Below are positions 17,861-26,872 of a DNA stretch of 64,000 nucleotides, piece after piece. Location: the NCBI GenBank assembly GCA_963714015.1, contig OY970223.1:3040001-3104000 (forward strand), read 5' to 3'. Both the position numbers and the translations under genes were made by a program. Source of the stretch: Vulcanimicrobiota bacterium. GTDB lineage: Bacteria; Vulcanimicrobiota; Vulcanimicrobiia; Vulcanimicrobiales; Vulcanimicrobiaceae. The notes beneath the pieces are model-generated. The model was not told the origin of the DNA, ran no database searches, and saw only the letters and a list, made by a program, of their open reading frames with translations. Within the stretch, counting starts at the first letter, position 1. Every line of letters starts with the position of its first letter.

Positions 17861-17930
17861 CAAAGTGGCCGTACCTGAGGGGCTTGCACATGAATCGACG
17901 CTTGCAATAAAATCGAGCCGCCGCAATGAA
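17861..17930 (+). mobile_element. Array unit D: degenerate B-type left end; right boundary not found
   Basis: CAAAGTGGCCGTACCTGAGGGGCTTGCACA, then cttgcaataaaatcgagccgccgcaat, matching cttgcacataaaaccgagccgctgcaat at 12468-12495. Confidence 0.65.
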
Positions 17931-17976
17931 GGCGAGAATGCCACCCGTGTGGCGCCGTTCCGAGTAGTATTTTCCC

Positions 17977-18255
17977 ATGAACCTAGAAACGGGAGCGGTC
18001 CTTTTAGCGCAGATGCAAGCCGACGGCGGAAGATATCGCAATAAGGCGGTTGTCAATGCGGTGCGCGCTGCCGTTGCCATCGTCGTCTGGTTACTGCACG
18101 CGGGCGCCTTCAGCAGCATTGCCTTTTTCATATTCGTAATCTGCGGGTACCTTACGCTGTCAAACTTGGAGCAGTGGAACATCACCAGGCGGCAACAAGA
18201 GTCTGTTGCTCTAGTTATCCTCGGCACAAGTATTTGCGTTTGCGGCGCTCGATGA
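17977..18255 (+). CDS. Small hypothetical membrane protein
   Basis: 92 aa, 2-3 hydrophobic segments. Confidence 0.35.
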   Translation: MNLETGAVLLAQMQADGGRYRNKAVVNAVRAAVAIVVWLLHAGAFSSIAFFIFVICGYLTLSNLEQWNITRRQQESVALVILGTSICVCGAR

Positions 18256-18519
18256 ATATTGCAGCAGCTTGTTTCGGGTGCGCAAAGGATCGGCAAACCC
18301 ATCCCTCTTCCGGACCCGTGGATTGAACGTGCCAATTCCCCGATGAGAAAGCGAGCGAACGGCTTGCTCGCCTGGTCGTTCATCCTTTCACTGGCAATGG
18401 TAGTGTTCCGCCGTCAGCTTCCTAAACTCGGCCCGTTGCCTAGAGTATTTTGTGTCGCTTCCTGCCCTGGCGGGAAGCATGACAACCTGTATTCGACGGT
18501 TCAAGGCCACGGAGACGAA

Positions 18520-19620
18520 GTGTATAAAGCAAAAGCATACGCCGCGGAAACGGCATCATCCGCGCTCACATTGACGACGATACCGCGGCGAGATCTCACG
18601 CAAAACGACGTTCAGATCGAGATATTGTTCTGCGGCATCTGCCATTCGGATTTGCACACAGTGCGCGACGAGTGGGGCGGAACGGTTTACCCGGTCGTTC
18701 CGGGTCATGAAATCGTCGGACGCGTCACAAATGTCGGCTCGGCGGTCACTGCTTTCAAGCCAGGCGATCTTGTGGGCGTCGGATGCCTAGTCGACTCCGA
18801 CGGCACGTGCGAACAGTGCCGCGCCGGCTACGAGAATAATTGCCCGAACCGGGTGCTTACTTACAATTCGTCCGATACGTACCTTGGGGATGTTACCTAC
18901 GGCGGCTACTCCGAGAGCATCATCGCCGACGAACGCTTCGTTCTGCGCATCCCGGAAAATCTTGATATAGCGGGCGCGGCACCGCTGCTATGCGCGGGGA
19001 TCACGACATACTCGCCGATGCGCCATTGGGGCGTCAAGGAAGGTCAGAAAGTCGGCGTTGTCGGGCTGGGCGGTCTCGGTCACATGGGCGTCAAGTTCGC
19101 ACGCGCGTTCGGCGCGCACGTCGTTGTCTTCACCACCTCGCCCAACAAGAAAGACGACGCGCTGCGCCTCGGGGCGAACGACGTGGTGGTTTCGCGAAAT
19201 GCAGACGAGATGCAAGCCCATGCGAACACTTTTGACTTCATCTTGGACACCGTTTCAGCGCAGCACAACATCGACGCATATCTGGAGCTGCTTGCACCGA
19301 ACGGCACCTTGGTCTTGGTCGGCGCTCCGCCGGAGCCGTTGAGCGTGTCTGCATTCAGCCTCATTGCAGGGCGCCGCAGTCTTGCAGGCTCCAATATCGG
19401 TGGAATCCGCGAAACGCAGGAAATGCTTGACTTTTGCGGACGGCACAATATCACGTCGGACGTCGAGGTCATCTCAATTCAAGACGTCAACGACGCTTAC
19501 GAGCGGATGGCCAAATCCGATGTGAAGTACCGCTTCTCGATCGATATGGCGACGCTGAAATCACAGAGTGCTGAAGACGACTCAACAAAGAAGCGCCTAT
19601 CCGAAGCGCATTCTCGGTAG
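18520..19620 (+). CDS. NAD(P)-dependent Zn alcohol dehydrogenase (cinnamyl-ADH/YahK type)
   Basis: CGICHSD, PGHEIVG, APLLCAGITTYSP, GLGGLGHMG, DVKYRF; GGAG RBS before the GTG at 18520. Confidence 0.93.
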   Translation: MYKAKAYAAETASSALTLTTIPRRDLTQNDVQIEILFCGICHSDLHTVRDEWGGTVYPVVPGHEIVGRVTNVGSAVTAFKPGDLVGVGCLVDSDGTCEQCRAGYENNCPNRVLTYNSSDTYLGDVTYGGYSESIIADERFVLRIPENLDIAGAAPLLCAGITTYSPMRHWGVKEGQKVGVVGLGGLGHMGVKFARAFGAHVVVFTTSPNKKDDALRLGANDVVVSRNADEMQAHANTFDFILDTVSAQHNIDAYLELLAPNGTLVLVGAPPEPLSVSAFSLIAGRRSLAGSNIGGIRETQEMLDFCGRHNITSDVEVISIQDVNDAYERMAKSDVKYRFSIDMATLKSQSAEDDSTKKRLSEAHSR

Positions 19621-20040
19621 CAGCCCGTGACGGACACTCTCGTCGCGGCAGGTTGTGGTAGAGCCCGCCTGCCCCTCGCTTGATGAGGGCGTTAGCACGC
19701 CTGGCAGTAGAGTGACAAGGCGCGTTTAGTGTTCTGCGATGCGGGTACTCGACCTTCAGAAAAATGGAGCCCCGCCCCCGTGATAAACAGCCTCCTCCTT
19801 TACGCGATCGGATCGCTCATCTCGCGACCGATTTAGATTCACTTTCCCGCGCGATACACGAAGAGCTGGACTGGCGCGAAAAGCTCGAGCCTGAACCGGC
19901 GGACGACAACGACAACGGCTAGTACGCCAACGTTCCCGCGTCCAGAACGATCCGATGGTCCCGACTGCGTTGATTACTGCGGCTCGATAAGGTGTTTCTT
20001 TATCGTAGTACGGCCGGTTTGAATGGGTACACGCAGCAGC

Positions 20041-20661
20041 ATGGCAGATAAACAGCACAGTTTGGCGACATACCTGAGCGATATGCTCGCGCTTGAAGAA
20101 CACATCCGCATTCCGATCACGGTTCAGGCCGAAGACGCGGACTTCGCGGTGTTCACGAACGCCGCCGCGCTGATAACGCGCCTGAGCGCCCTTTGCGAAA
20201 CGCACATCCAAACGATAAAAAGTGCGCTTGAGGCGAGCGGCGGTCATGAACTCGCCGGCGCAAAATCGGTCGTGACGAACATCGAGGGGTGGTTCGCCGG
20301 CGCGATCGACAAAATGAGGAGAACGAAAGTCGCCAAGGCACTTCGGGACGACTACACCGCGCTCGCATTGTGCGCCGTCAGCTACAGCATGCTGATCTCG
20401 ACCGCAAACGTATGTGGCGACGCTCGCGTGAGTGAACTGGCGCAGCGGCATCTTCGCGATTATGCGGAACTCATTTGGCAGATCGGCGACATCCTGCCGG
20501 GCATCGTCGTCGAGGATTTGCGCGCGCTCGGCCTGCCGCTGCAAGAAGGCACCGCGGAGCTGACGCGGCGGCAGATCGCCGATGCGTGGCACCGCCCAAC
20601 GACAATCGAAAACGAAGCGGCGCTCAACCGCGGGGCGTCCGCGTCTTACCCGACGGCGTAA
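20041..20661 (+). CDS. Ferritin-like (DUF892-like) protein
   Basis: YLSDMLALEEH...Q...H...L, KALRDDY...Y.ML...A; four-helix pattern. Confidence 0.6.
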   Translation: MADKQHSLATYLSDMLALEEHIRIPITVQAEDADFAVFTNAAALITRLSALCETHIQTIKSALEASGGHELAGAKSVVTNIEGWFAGAIDKMRRTKVAKALRDDYTALALCAVSYSMLISTANVCGDARVSELAQRHLRDYAELIWQIGDILPGIVVEDLRALGLPLQEGTAELTRRQIADAWHRPTTIENEAALNRGASASYPTA

Positions 20662-20670
20662 CGCGGACGG

Positions 20671-21678
20671 TTACTGAAACAGCGAAGGATCGAACGTCAC
20701 AATCGGCTTGAGAATCTGCGAACTTCGTAGGGCGGCGTAGGCTTGCGCGGCTTCCTCGAGCGGATACAGCGTTGCGCCCAATCGCTGAGCCGTGACCACC
20801 CCGCGGCCGATCAAATCCAAGGCCTCGCGCGTATCTTGCGGTCCGCAAGAGTAACTCGGCACGAGTTTGACGTCCCGAAAATAGAGATCGTTCGGATCAA
20901 AAGTGAAGGGCACACCGGGTTCGAGCGGGGTAAACATGATCGCGGTTCCGCCCGGCAGAGCCGCGGCGGCGGCGTTGCGCAGCGCGTCGGGCGATCCCGG
21001 TCCGCAGATCACGACGTCCGCTCCTGAAAAATGCTCGTCCGGACGAATCACGCGCACGCCGAGCGTACTAGCAAATCCGCGCCGTTGCTCGATGAAATCG
21101 CTTCCCGAAACCTGCGCGCCGCGAGCAAGGCCGACCAGCGCATGCATTAATCCCATAACGCCCAAACCGATGACGTGCATGCTGTCGCCGTCGCGCAAGC
21201 CGCTGCGTCGAATCGACTTTACGACACAGGCCAGTGGCTCCACGAGTGAGGCATCGACGAATGAGACGTTTTGCGGGAGCCGTAGAGTGTCGCGCACGTT
21301 TTCGGACGGTACGCGAAAGAATTCGGCAAGGCCACCCGGATCGATCGACGTTTTTCGCCACGTGGCACACTGCACGTAATCGCCGCGAGAGCATGCCCGG
21401 CAATCGAAGCACGGCGCATGATGATGCACGAAGACGGGATCCCCCACGCTGAACTCGGCAACACCGCTCCCGGTCCCGACGACCACGCCGGAGGGCTCGT
21501 GCCCGAGCACCAGCGGCGCTTTACGCCGCACGTACCAAGCCATGACGTCGCCGGTGCAAATGCCGCTGGCGCGCGTCTGCACGAGAAGTTCACCAGGGCC
21601 GAGCTGCGGAACCGGGCGCTCCTCCACGCGGATATCATCGACGTCGTAAAGGACTGCCGCGCGCATTGTCTGCATCAC
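20671..21678 (-). CDS. Zn-dependent dehydrogenase (MDR family)
   Basis: GICTGD, LGHEPSG, CFDCRAC..G....C, EPLAC, GLGVMG. Confidence 0.9.
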   Translation of the reverse strand: MMQTMRAAVLYDVDDIRVEERPVPQLGPGELLVQTRASGICTGDVMAWYVRRKAPLVLGHEPSGVVVGTGSGVAEFSVGDPVFVHHHAPCFDCRACSRGDYVQCATWRKTSIDPGGLAEFFRVPSENVRDTLRLPQNVSFVDASLVEPLACVVKSIRRSGLRDGDSMHVIGLGVMGLMHALVGLARGAQVSGSDFIEQRRGFASTLGVRVIRPDEHFSGADVVICGPGSPDALRNAAAAALPGGTAIMFTPLEPGVPFTFDPNDLYFRDVKLVPSYSCGPQDTREALDLIGRGVVTAQRLGATLYPLEEAAQAYAALRSSQILKPIVTFDPSLFQ

Positions 21679-22709
21679 GGCTCGATCGCGAATTTTATTC
21701 CTTCGCCGCTATCCAAGCGAGCGAAGACCGAAGCGATGTCGTCGAGTGGAACCGTCGCCGTGATAAGCGGTCGCGGATCCAGCGCGCCGCCGGAAAGCAG
21801 TTCGTACGCTTCTCGAACTGCGCCGGTCGTAAAATGGAACGGACTGATCAGCCGAACTTCGTCATAATGCAATCGCGCGGCCGAAAAGGAAACGCGAGCG
21901 TCGCCCGGCAGTCCGCCGAAGAACGACACCGTGCCCCCGCGCCGTACCAGCGCCGGTGCGCGTTCCCACACCTCGGGACGCCCGGTACACTCGATCAGCG
22001 CGTCGACGCCACGCCCTTGCGTCATCGCGAAAAGCTCGGCCTGTACGTCACATTCGCGCGTATTCAACGTCGCGCCGATGCCTAGCCATTGCGCCAGTTC
22101 GAGCCGCTCGCTGCGGCGGCCGCAAAGAACGGCGCGAGCGCCCCGCCGCTCCAGCAGCATCGCATGCAAAATTCCGAAGCCGCCGTCGCCCATGACGGCG
22201 ACCACGCTTCCAGGCAGCGGATTCAAAAAAGAAACCGAGTGAACGACGCAGGAGAGCGGCTCCAAAAATGCCGCAGCCGCATATGAAATCTTCGCCGGTT
22301 TGCGAAAACAATTGCGGCGCACGATGTGTGACGGCACCTCGATGAACTCTGCATACGCGCCGAGGATCTTGGTCGACATTACCGATTCGCACAGCTCCTC
22401 CTCACCGCGCGCACACCAGAAGCAGTTACAGCAGGGAGCCGAGTGAACGCACATCACCGCTTCGCCTGCGGTGAATACGGTAACGCCTTCGCCCACAGCC
22501 GCGACGTCTCCGGAAAACTCGTGGCCGAACGGCGTCGGCATGGGCATCTGCGGGTGTCCGCGACGGAATGCTTTCAAATCGGTGCCGTCAGTGAGCGCCG
22601 CGCGCACGCGCACCACGATGCCGCCGGGCGGAGCCGCCGGTGTCGCAACCTGCCGCAGCTCGACGCGGCCCGGCTCCACGAGAATCGCAGATCTCATCAC
22701 GCCAGACAT
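21675..22709 (-). CDS. Zn-dependent dehydrogenase (MDR family)
   Basis: GTDLK, FGHEFSG, CCNCFWC..G....C, EPLSC, GDGGFG. Confidence 0.9.
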   Translation of the reverse strand: MSGVMRSAILVEPGRVELRQVATPAAPPGGIVVRVRAALTDGTDLKAFRRGHPQMPMPTPFGHEFSGDVAAVGEGVTVFTAGEAVMCVHSAPCCNCFWCARGEEELCESVMSTKILGAYAEFIEVPSHIVRRNCFRKPAKISYAAAAFLEPLSCVVHSVSFLNPLPGSVVAVMGDGGFGILHAMLLERRGARAVLCGRRSERLELAQWLGIGATLNTRECDVQAELFAMTQGRGVDALIECTGRPEVWERAPALVRRGGTVSFFGGLPGDARVSFSAARLHYDEVRLISPFHFTTGAVREAYELLSGGALDPRPLITATVPLDDIASVFARLDSGEGIKFAIEP

Positions 22710-23152
22710 TCTCGCAGTGCGCTGCGCATCGGCGGCGGGAGGGGCCGGCTTTTGTGCGATCGTCTATCCATGCATGCGACCACTAAGTGAAACGCCGCTC
22801 CGGCGGCGTTGGTGCGTTCGTTGTGCACGACGGTCAGCCATTTGATCGACGAAGCTCCAACGTGCCGGATGTGCGTGCGCAGCGTCAGCCAGTCACCCAT
22901 CAGCGCGGGATTGTGATAGTCGGCCTCCACATGCACGCGCGGCAGCCAAATGTCGTACTCTTCGAAGACCGTGTTGTATGGAAAGCCCAGCTCGCCGAAA
23001 AAATCCATTTCTGCGCGCTCGACGGCGCGCTGATATGCCGCGAAGTACATGATCCCGGCGATGTCGATGTCGGCCCACTGCACCATCACGCGCGTCTCGA
23101 AGATCCGCGCACCCTCCGGTGTCGTGTCTTTAAACTTGGGCATGGACCGCAT
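22697..23152 (-). CDS. Acyl-CoA thioesterase (4HBT/hotdog fold)
   Basis: VQWADIDIAGIMYF..Y...E.A. Confidence 0.85.
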   Translation of the reverse strand: MRSMPKFKDTTPEGARIFETRVMVQWADIDIAGIMYFAAYQRAVERAEMDFFGELGFPYNTVFEEYDIWLPRVHVEADYHNPALMGDWLTLRTHIRHVGASSIKWLTVVHNERTNAAGAAFHLVVACMDRRSHKSRPLPPPMRSALRECLA

Positions 23153-23720
23153 ACCGCGCGATTGGGTCGACTTCCAAATTCACTGAATCCCCCGGCTCCC
23201 GCCGCCCCAGCGTAGTGCGCTCGAGTGTTTCGGGAATCAAGGCGATCTCGAACCAAGTGTCGGCCACATTCGCTACCGTGACGCTGACGCCGTCAACGCT
23301 GATGAACGCCTTCTCACACACGTACCGCCGCAACGCCGCCGGTAAAGCGACGCGCATGCGTTCGCCTTGTCCTTCGGGCGTGCGCGAAAGCATTTGTCCG
23401 GTAGCATCGACATGGCCGTACACGAAGTGGCCCCCCATGCGGTCGCCGAGCCTGAGCGAATACTCGACATTGACCACGTCGCCTTCGCGCAGCGAGCCCA
23501 GATTCGAACGCGCCAGCGTTTCGGGAACGACGTCGAAGTCCACGATGTTGTGATCGACGCGCGTTGCCGTCAAGCAGACGCCGTTGACTGCAATCGAATC
23601 CTTCGGTTCAACTTCTTCCTCCGATGCATTCTCGCAGCGCAAGGTCAACGTAAGGCCGCCGCCATGCACCGGCGTAATGCGTTGAACCTTTCCCGTATAA
23701 GCGATGAGCCCGCTAAACAT
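23130..23720 (-). CDS. ribE: Riboflavin synthase alpha chain
   Basis: MFSGL start, DSIAVNGVCLT, GGHFVYGHVD, SVDGVSVT, IPETL..T, VNLEVD. Confidence 0.95.
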   Translation of the reverse strand: MFSGLIAYTGKVQRITPVHGGGLTLTLRCENASEEEVEPKDSIAVNGVCLTATRVDHNIVDFDVVPETLARSNLGSLREGDVVNVEYSLRLGDRMGGHFVYGHVDATGQMLSRTPEGQGERMRVALPAALRRYVCEKAFISVDGVSVTVANVADTWFEIALIPETLERTTLGRREPGDSVNLEVDPIARYAVHAQV

Positions 23721-24810
23721 CCGTCTCCACAATCCCCGAGATATGCAAATCTGCTCCCAACCGTTCGACGCGGTCGAATCGAAGGCCCGGCGAGCCGTTG
23801 AGATCGCCCGCAGCGATGACGGGCACCGCCGAAGCGGTGCGCAGCAGCCGCGGTGCAATCAGCCAGTGTAAGCGATCGACGAGTCCGTAAGTCAGCAGGT
23901 GTCCGGCCATCGTCGGGCCGCCCTCGCAGAGCACGCTGGTTATCTCTCGCGCACGCAATTCGTGAAAAGCTTGCGGTATATCGAGCCGAACGTCGCTGTC
24001 CTTGCCGACGTAGATGACGTCCGCCACCGTTTCGACTTCGAGGAATTTCGGTTTGGCGCCGGCTGGAGCGAGGACGATCGTGCGCGCGTACCCTTCAGCC
24101 GGTTCAAAGACTACGCTGCGCGGATCGACCGAATCGGTCTCGCAAGCGACGATGCGAACGTACTCGCGCAATCGATGATGCGCGGGGCGCACTGTAAGCT
24201 GCGGATTATCGATCCGCACCGTTCCGGCGCCCACGATGACGGCGTCGTGAGCGATGCGCAGATCGCGCACGAACGTGCGCGCTTCGCCTCCCGTCAACCA
24301 CTCTTGCCGTCCGCTCTGAGGTGCGACGTACCCGTCCAGCGACATCGCCATCTTCAGCGAAACGTACGGGCGATCGGATCGTATCGCGCGTGCGAACGGC
24401 TCGATCAATGCACGCGATCGTTCGTCATCCTTCACCGCCACGTCGATGGCCCGTTGGCGCAGGAAGGCGATTCCGCCGCCCGCGGTCCGCGGGTTCGGAT
24501 CGATTGCACCAACCACCACGCGCGTGATCCCGGCGGCGGCAACGGCGTTCGAACAAGGCGGCGTGCGGCCCTGATGATTGCATGGCTCCAGCGAAACATA
24601 AAGCGTTGCGCCGTGAGCGGCGTCGCCGGCTTGCCGGACGGCGAGAATCTCGGCGTGCGGCTCTCCCGCCCGATGGTGGTAGCCTTCGCCTGCGATAGCG
24701 TCGCCGGCGACCACGACCGCGCCGACCGGCGGATTCGGCGAGGTGTTTCCGATTCCGCGTTCGGCCAGTTCGCACGCCCGTTCAAGGAAAATCCGGTCTA
24801 GCGCGTCCAT
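23713..24810 (-). CDS. ribD: Riboflavin deaminase/reductase
   Basis: TSPNPPVGAV, HAE, LEPCNHQGRTPPC, KMAMSLDG, DNPQLTVR, EGGP. Confidence 0.96.
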   Translation of the reverse strand: MDALDRIFLERACELAERGIGNTSPNPPVGAVVVAGDAIAGEGYHHRAGEPHAEILAVRQAGDAAHGATLYVSLEPCNHQGRTPPCSNAVAAAGITRVVVGAIDPNPRTAGGGIAFLRQRAIDVAVKDDERSRALIEPFARAIRSDRPYVSLKMAMSLDGYVAPQSGRQEWLTGGEARTFVRDLRIAHDAVIVGAGTVRIDNPQLTVRPAHHRLREYVRIVACETDSVDPRSVVFEPAEGYARTIVLAPAGAKPKFLEVETVADVIYVGKDSDVRLDIPQAFHELRAREITSVLCEGGPTMAGHLLTYGLVDRLHWLIAPRLLRTASAVPVIAAGDLNGSPGLRFDRVERLGADLHISGIVETDV

Positions 24811-24935
24811 CGATCTACCTCCAAATATTGCGCCTAGTCCGGTTTCCGGCCTTGTCCGGTGCGCGGTGCCGGTATTCCGACATTTATCGGGCTCGAGGCA
24901 AGCGACGCGTTCTGCCGTGTCGAACGCGCCGAGCC

Positions 24936-26861
24936 ATGATGGTGAGATATTGCCGTTTGGCTTTGCTATTATTCTTGGCCCTGGCGCCGGCGCTTTTGAC
25001 GCCTTCGCGCGCATCGGCCGCATCGCTCGATCCGCCGCTCGCAACGGCGGGCAACCCGTTGACGGTGGTTCTGGACGAACGCACCGCTCCGCGCGGGTTC
25101 GCGTACACGCATATTACGGTGCCGGTAAAACCCGGACCGTTCACGCTGGACTATCCGATGTGGATTCCGGGCGAGCACGGACCCACCGGACCGCTGAACG
25201 ATCTTTCGGAACTGCGCATCAGCGCTAACGGCCAGCCCGTAACGTGGCAGCGCGATCAAGTCGACATGTACGCTTTTCATATCAACGTCCCGCCTGGCGT
25301 GAACCGCGTGAACGTCGATTTTACCGTGCTGCTGAACCGCCCGAACAACTTCGTCGACGGTAATCTTGCAACGCGAAATATCCTGGTCGGGAATTGGAAC
25401 CGGTACATTCTCTACCAGCGCAATATCAACAACGAACACTACTACGCCAAAGCCAGCCTCATCTTGCCGCAGGGATGGGATTACGCAAGCGCGCTTCCCG
25501 TTGCGTCGCGCAGCGGCAACCGTGTCGACTTCAAGACGGTGACGCTCGAAACGCTCGTGGACTCACCAACTGATTCCGGTAAATACTACCGGCACATCAT
25601 GACGTGGACCGGTGACGGCACGCACACGTACATCGATATGTTCGCGGACCATCCCGAAGATCTCGTGATGACGCCCAAAGAACTTGCGGCCTACAAACGG
25701 ATGACTCCCGAAGCGATCGCGCTTTACGGCGGTCGTCACTGGAACGTCTATCATTCGGAGCTGACGCTCAGCGATCTGATTCCGGGACAAGGCATCGAAC
25801 ACCATCAGTCCAGCGACGATCGCGCCGACGACAACTTCATCACCAGCGCTGCTGAGCAGATGGCCGGCGGCGACTTGCTCACGCACGAGTTTTCGCATTC
25901 GTGGAACGGTAAATATCGCCGGCCCTTCGACCTGCAGCAGCCCAACTACAACCTGCCCTATCCCGAACACACGGAGCTGCTTTGGCAGTACGAAGGCATG
26001 AACCAATATATGGGCGACATACTTGCGTTTCGCTGCGGTATCAAAGGCACCGCAAAAACGTATCCCGATTATCTGGCGACGATCTACTCGCAGATGGCGT
26101 ACGAGCCGGGCCGCGATACCGAGCCGATCATCGACTTGACGACGGGCGCGCCATACTTCTATACCGCCGGCGGTGACTACGGTTCCCTGCGCCGCAGCGC
26201 GGGCGATTTCTACACCGAAGGCGAGCTCATGTGGCTGGACGCGGACACCATCATCCGGCAGCGCACGCACAACAAAAAGTCGATCGACGACTACGTAAAA
26301 GTGTTCGCCGGCGGTACGTCGGCACCGCGCGTCTTCACGTATACTCGCGCCGATCTGGAACATTATCTGAACGAAGTCGTGCCGTACGACTGGCATGGCT
26401 TCTTCCAAAAATACGTCTACTCGATTTCGCCGCTTCCGCCCACCGATGAAATACAGCGAGCGGGATACAAACTCGTCTTCACCGGCAAAGAGAACCCGTA
26501 CGAGCAGAACTTCGAGACATTCGGAAAGTTCATCGACTCGTGGTTCGACGTCGGGCTGCAGCTCGGTGATGACGGCGGCGTCGGAGACGTGCGCGAAGGC
26601 TCGGCGGCATGGAATGCCGGTTTCGGGCCCGGCATGAAGATCGTGGCCGTCAACGATCGCGAATTCACGCCGGATGCGTGGAATGCGGCGATCAAAGCGA
26701 CGTCCGCGAGCTTCAAACCGCTCGATCTGCTCGTGGATTACCAGGGCTACTATAGCGACATGATCCTGAACTACCACGGCGGCCCCAAACATCCGCACTT
26801 GGTGCGGATACCCGGAACCGTCGATATGCTCTCCGACATCATGCGGCCGCACGCGAAGTGA
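24936..26861 (+). CDS. M61 glycyl-aminopeptidase-family metallopeptidase with PDZ domain
   Basis: Signal peptide, WIPGEH, GIEH..S, HEFSHSWNGK, LLW.YEG, C-terminal PDZ. Confidence 0.9.
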   Translation: MMVRYCRLALLLFLALAPALLTPSRASAASLDPPLATAGNPLTVVLDERTAPRGFAYTHITVPVKPGPFTLDYPMWIPGEHGPTGPLNDLSELRISANGQPVTWQRDQVDMYAFHINVPPGVNRVNVDFTVLLNRPNNFVDGNLATRNILVGNWNRYILYQRNINNEHYYAKASLILPQGWDYASALPVASRSGNRVDFKTVTLETLVDSPTDSGKYYRHIMTWTGDGTHTYIDMFADHPEDLVMTPKELAAYKRMTPEAIALYGGRHWNVYHSELTLSDLIPGQGIEHHQSSDDRADDNFITSAAEQMAGGDLLTHEFSHSWNGKYRRPFDLQQPNYNLPYPEHTELLWQYEGMNQYMGDILAFRCGIKGTAKTYPDYLATIYSQMAYEPGRDTEPIIDLTTGAPYFYTAGGDYGSLRRSAGDFYTEGELMWLDADTIIRQRTHNKKSIDDYVKVFAGGTSAPRVFTYTRADLEHYLNEVVPYDWHGFFQKYVYSISPLPPTDEIQRAGYKLVFTGKENPYEQNFETFGKFIDSWFDVGLQLGDDGGVGDVREGSAAWNAGFGPGMKIVAVNDREFTPDAWNAAIKATSASFKPLDLLVDYQGYYSDMILNYHGGPKHPHLVRIPGTVDMLSDIMRPHAK

Positions 26862-26872
26862 GTGAAAGAACG

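Noticed and set aside
8628..17863. CRISPR array or integron attC interpretation of the repeated TTGACAACTGTCAA-like motif
   Set aside because: Spacing is 2-4.5 kb, no cas or intI gene is present, and each interval is bounded by transposon-like IRs.
18478..18492. catGACAACCTGTat as the closing junction of unit D
   Set aside because: It contains an extra base relative to ACAACTGT and has no adjacent terminal IR.
19621..20040. ncRNA or small ORF in the adh-ferritin intergenic region
   Set aside because: Only short hairpins and a broken reading frame; no recognisable family.
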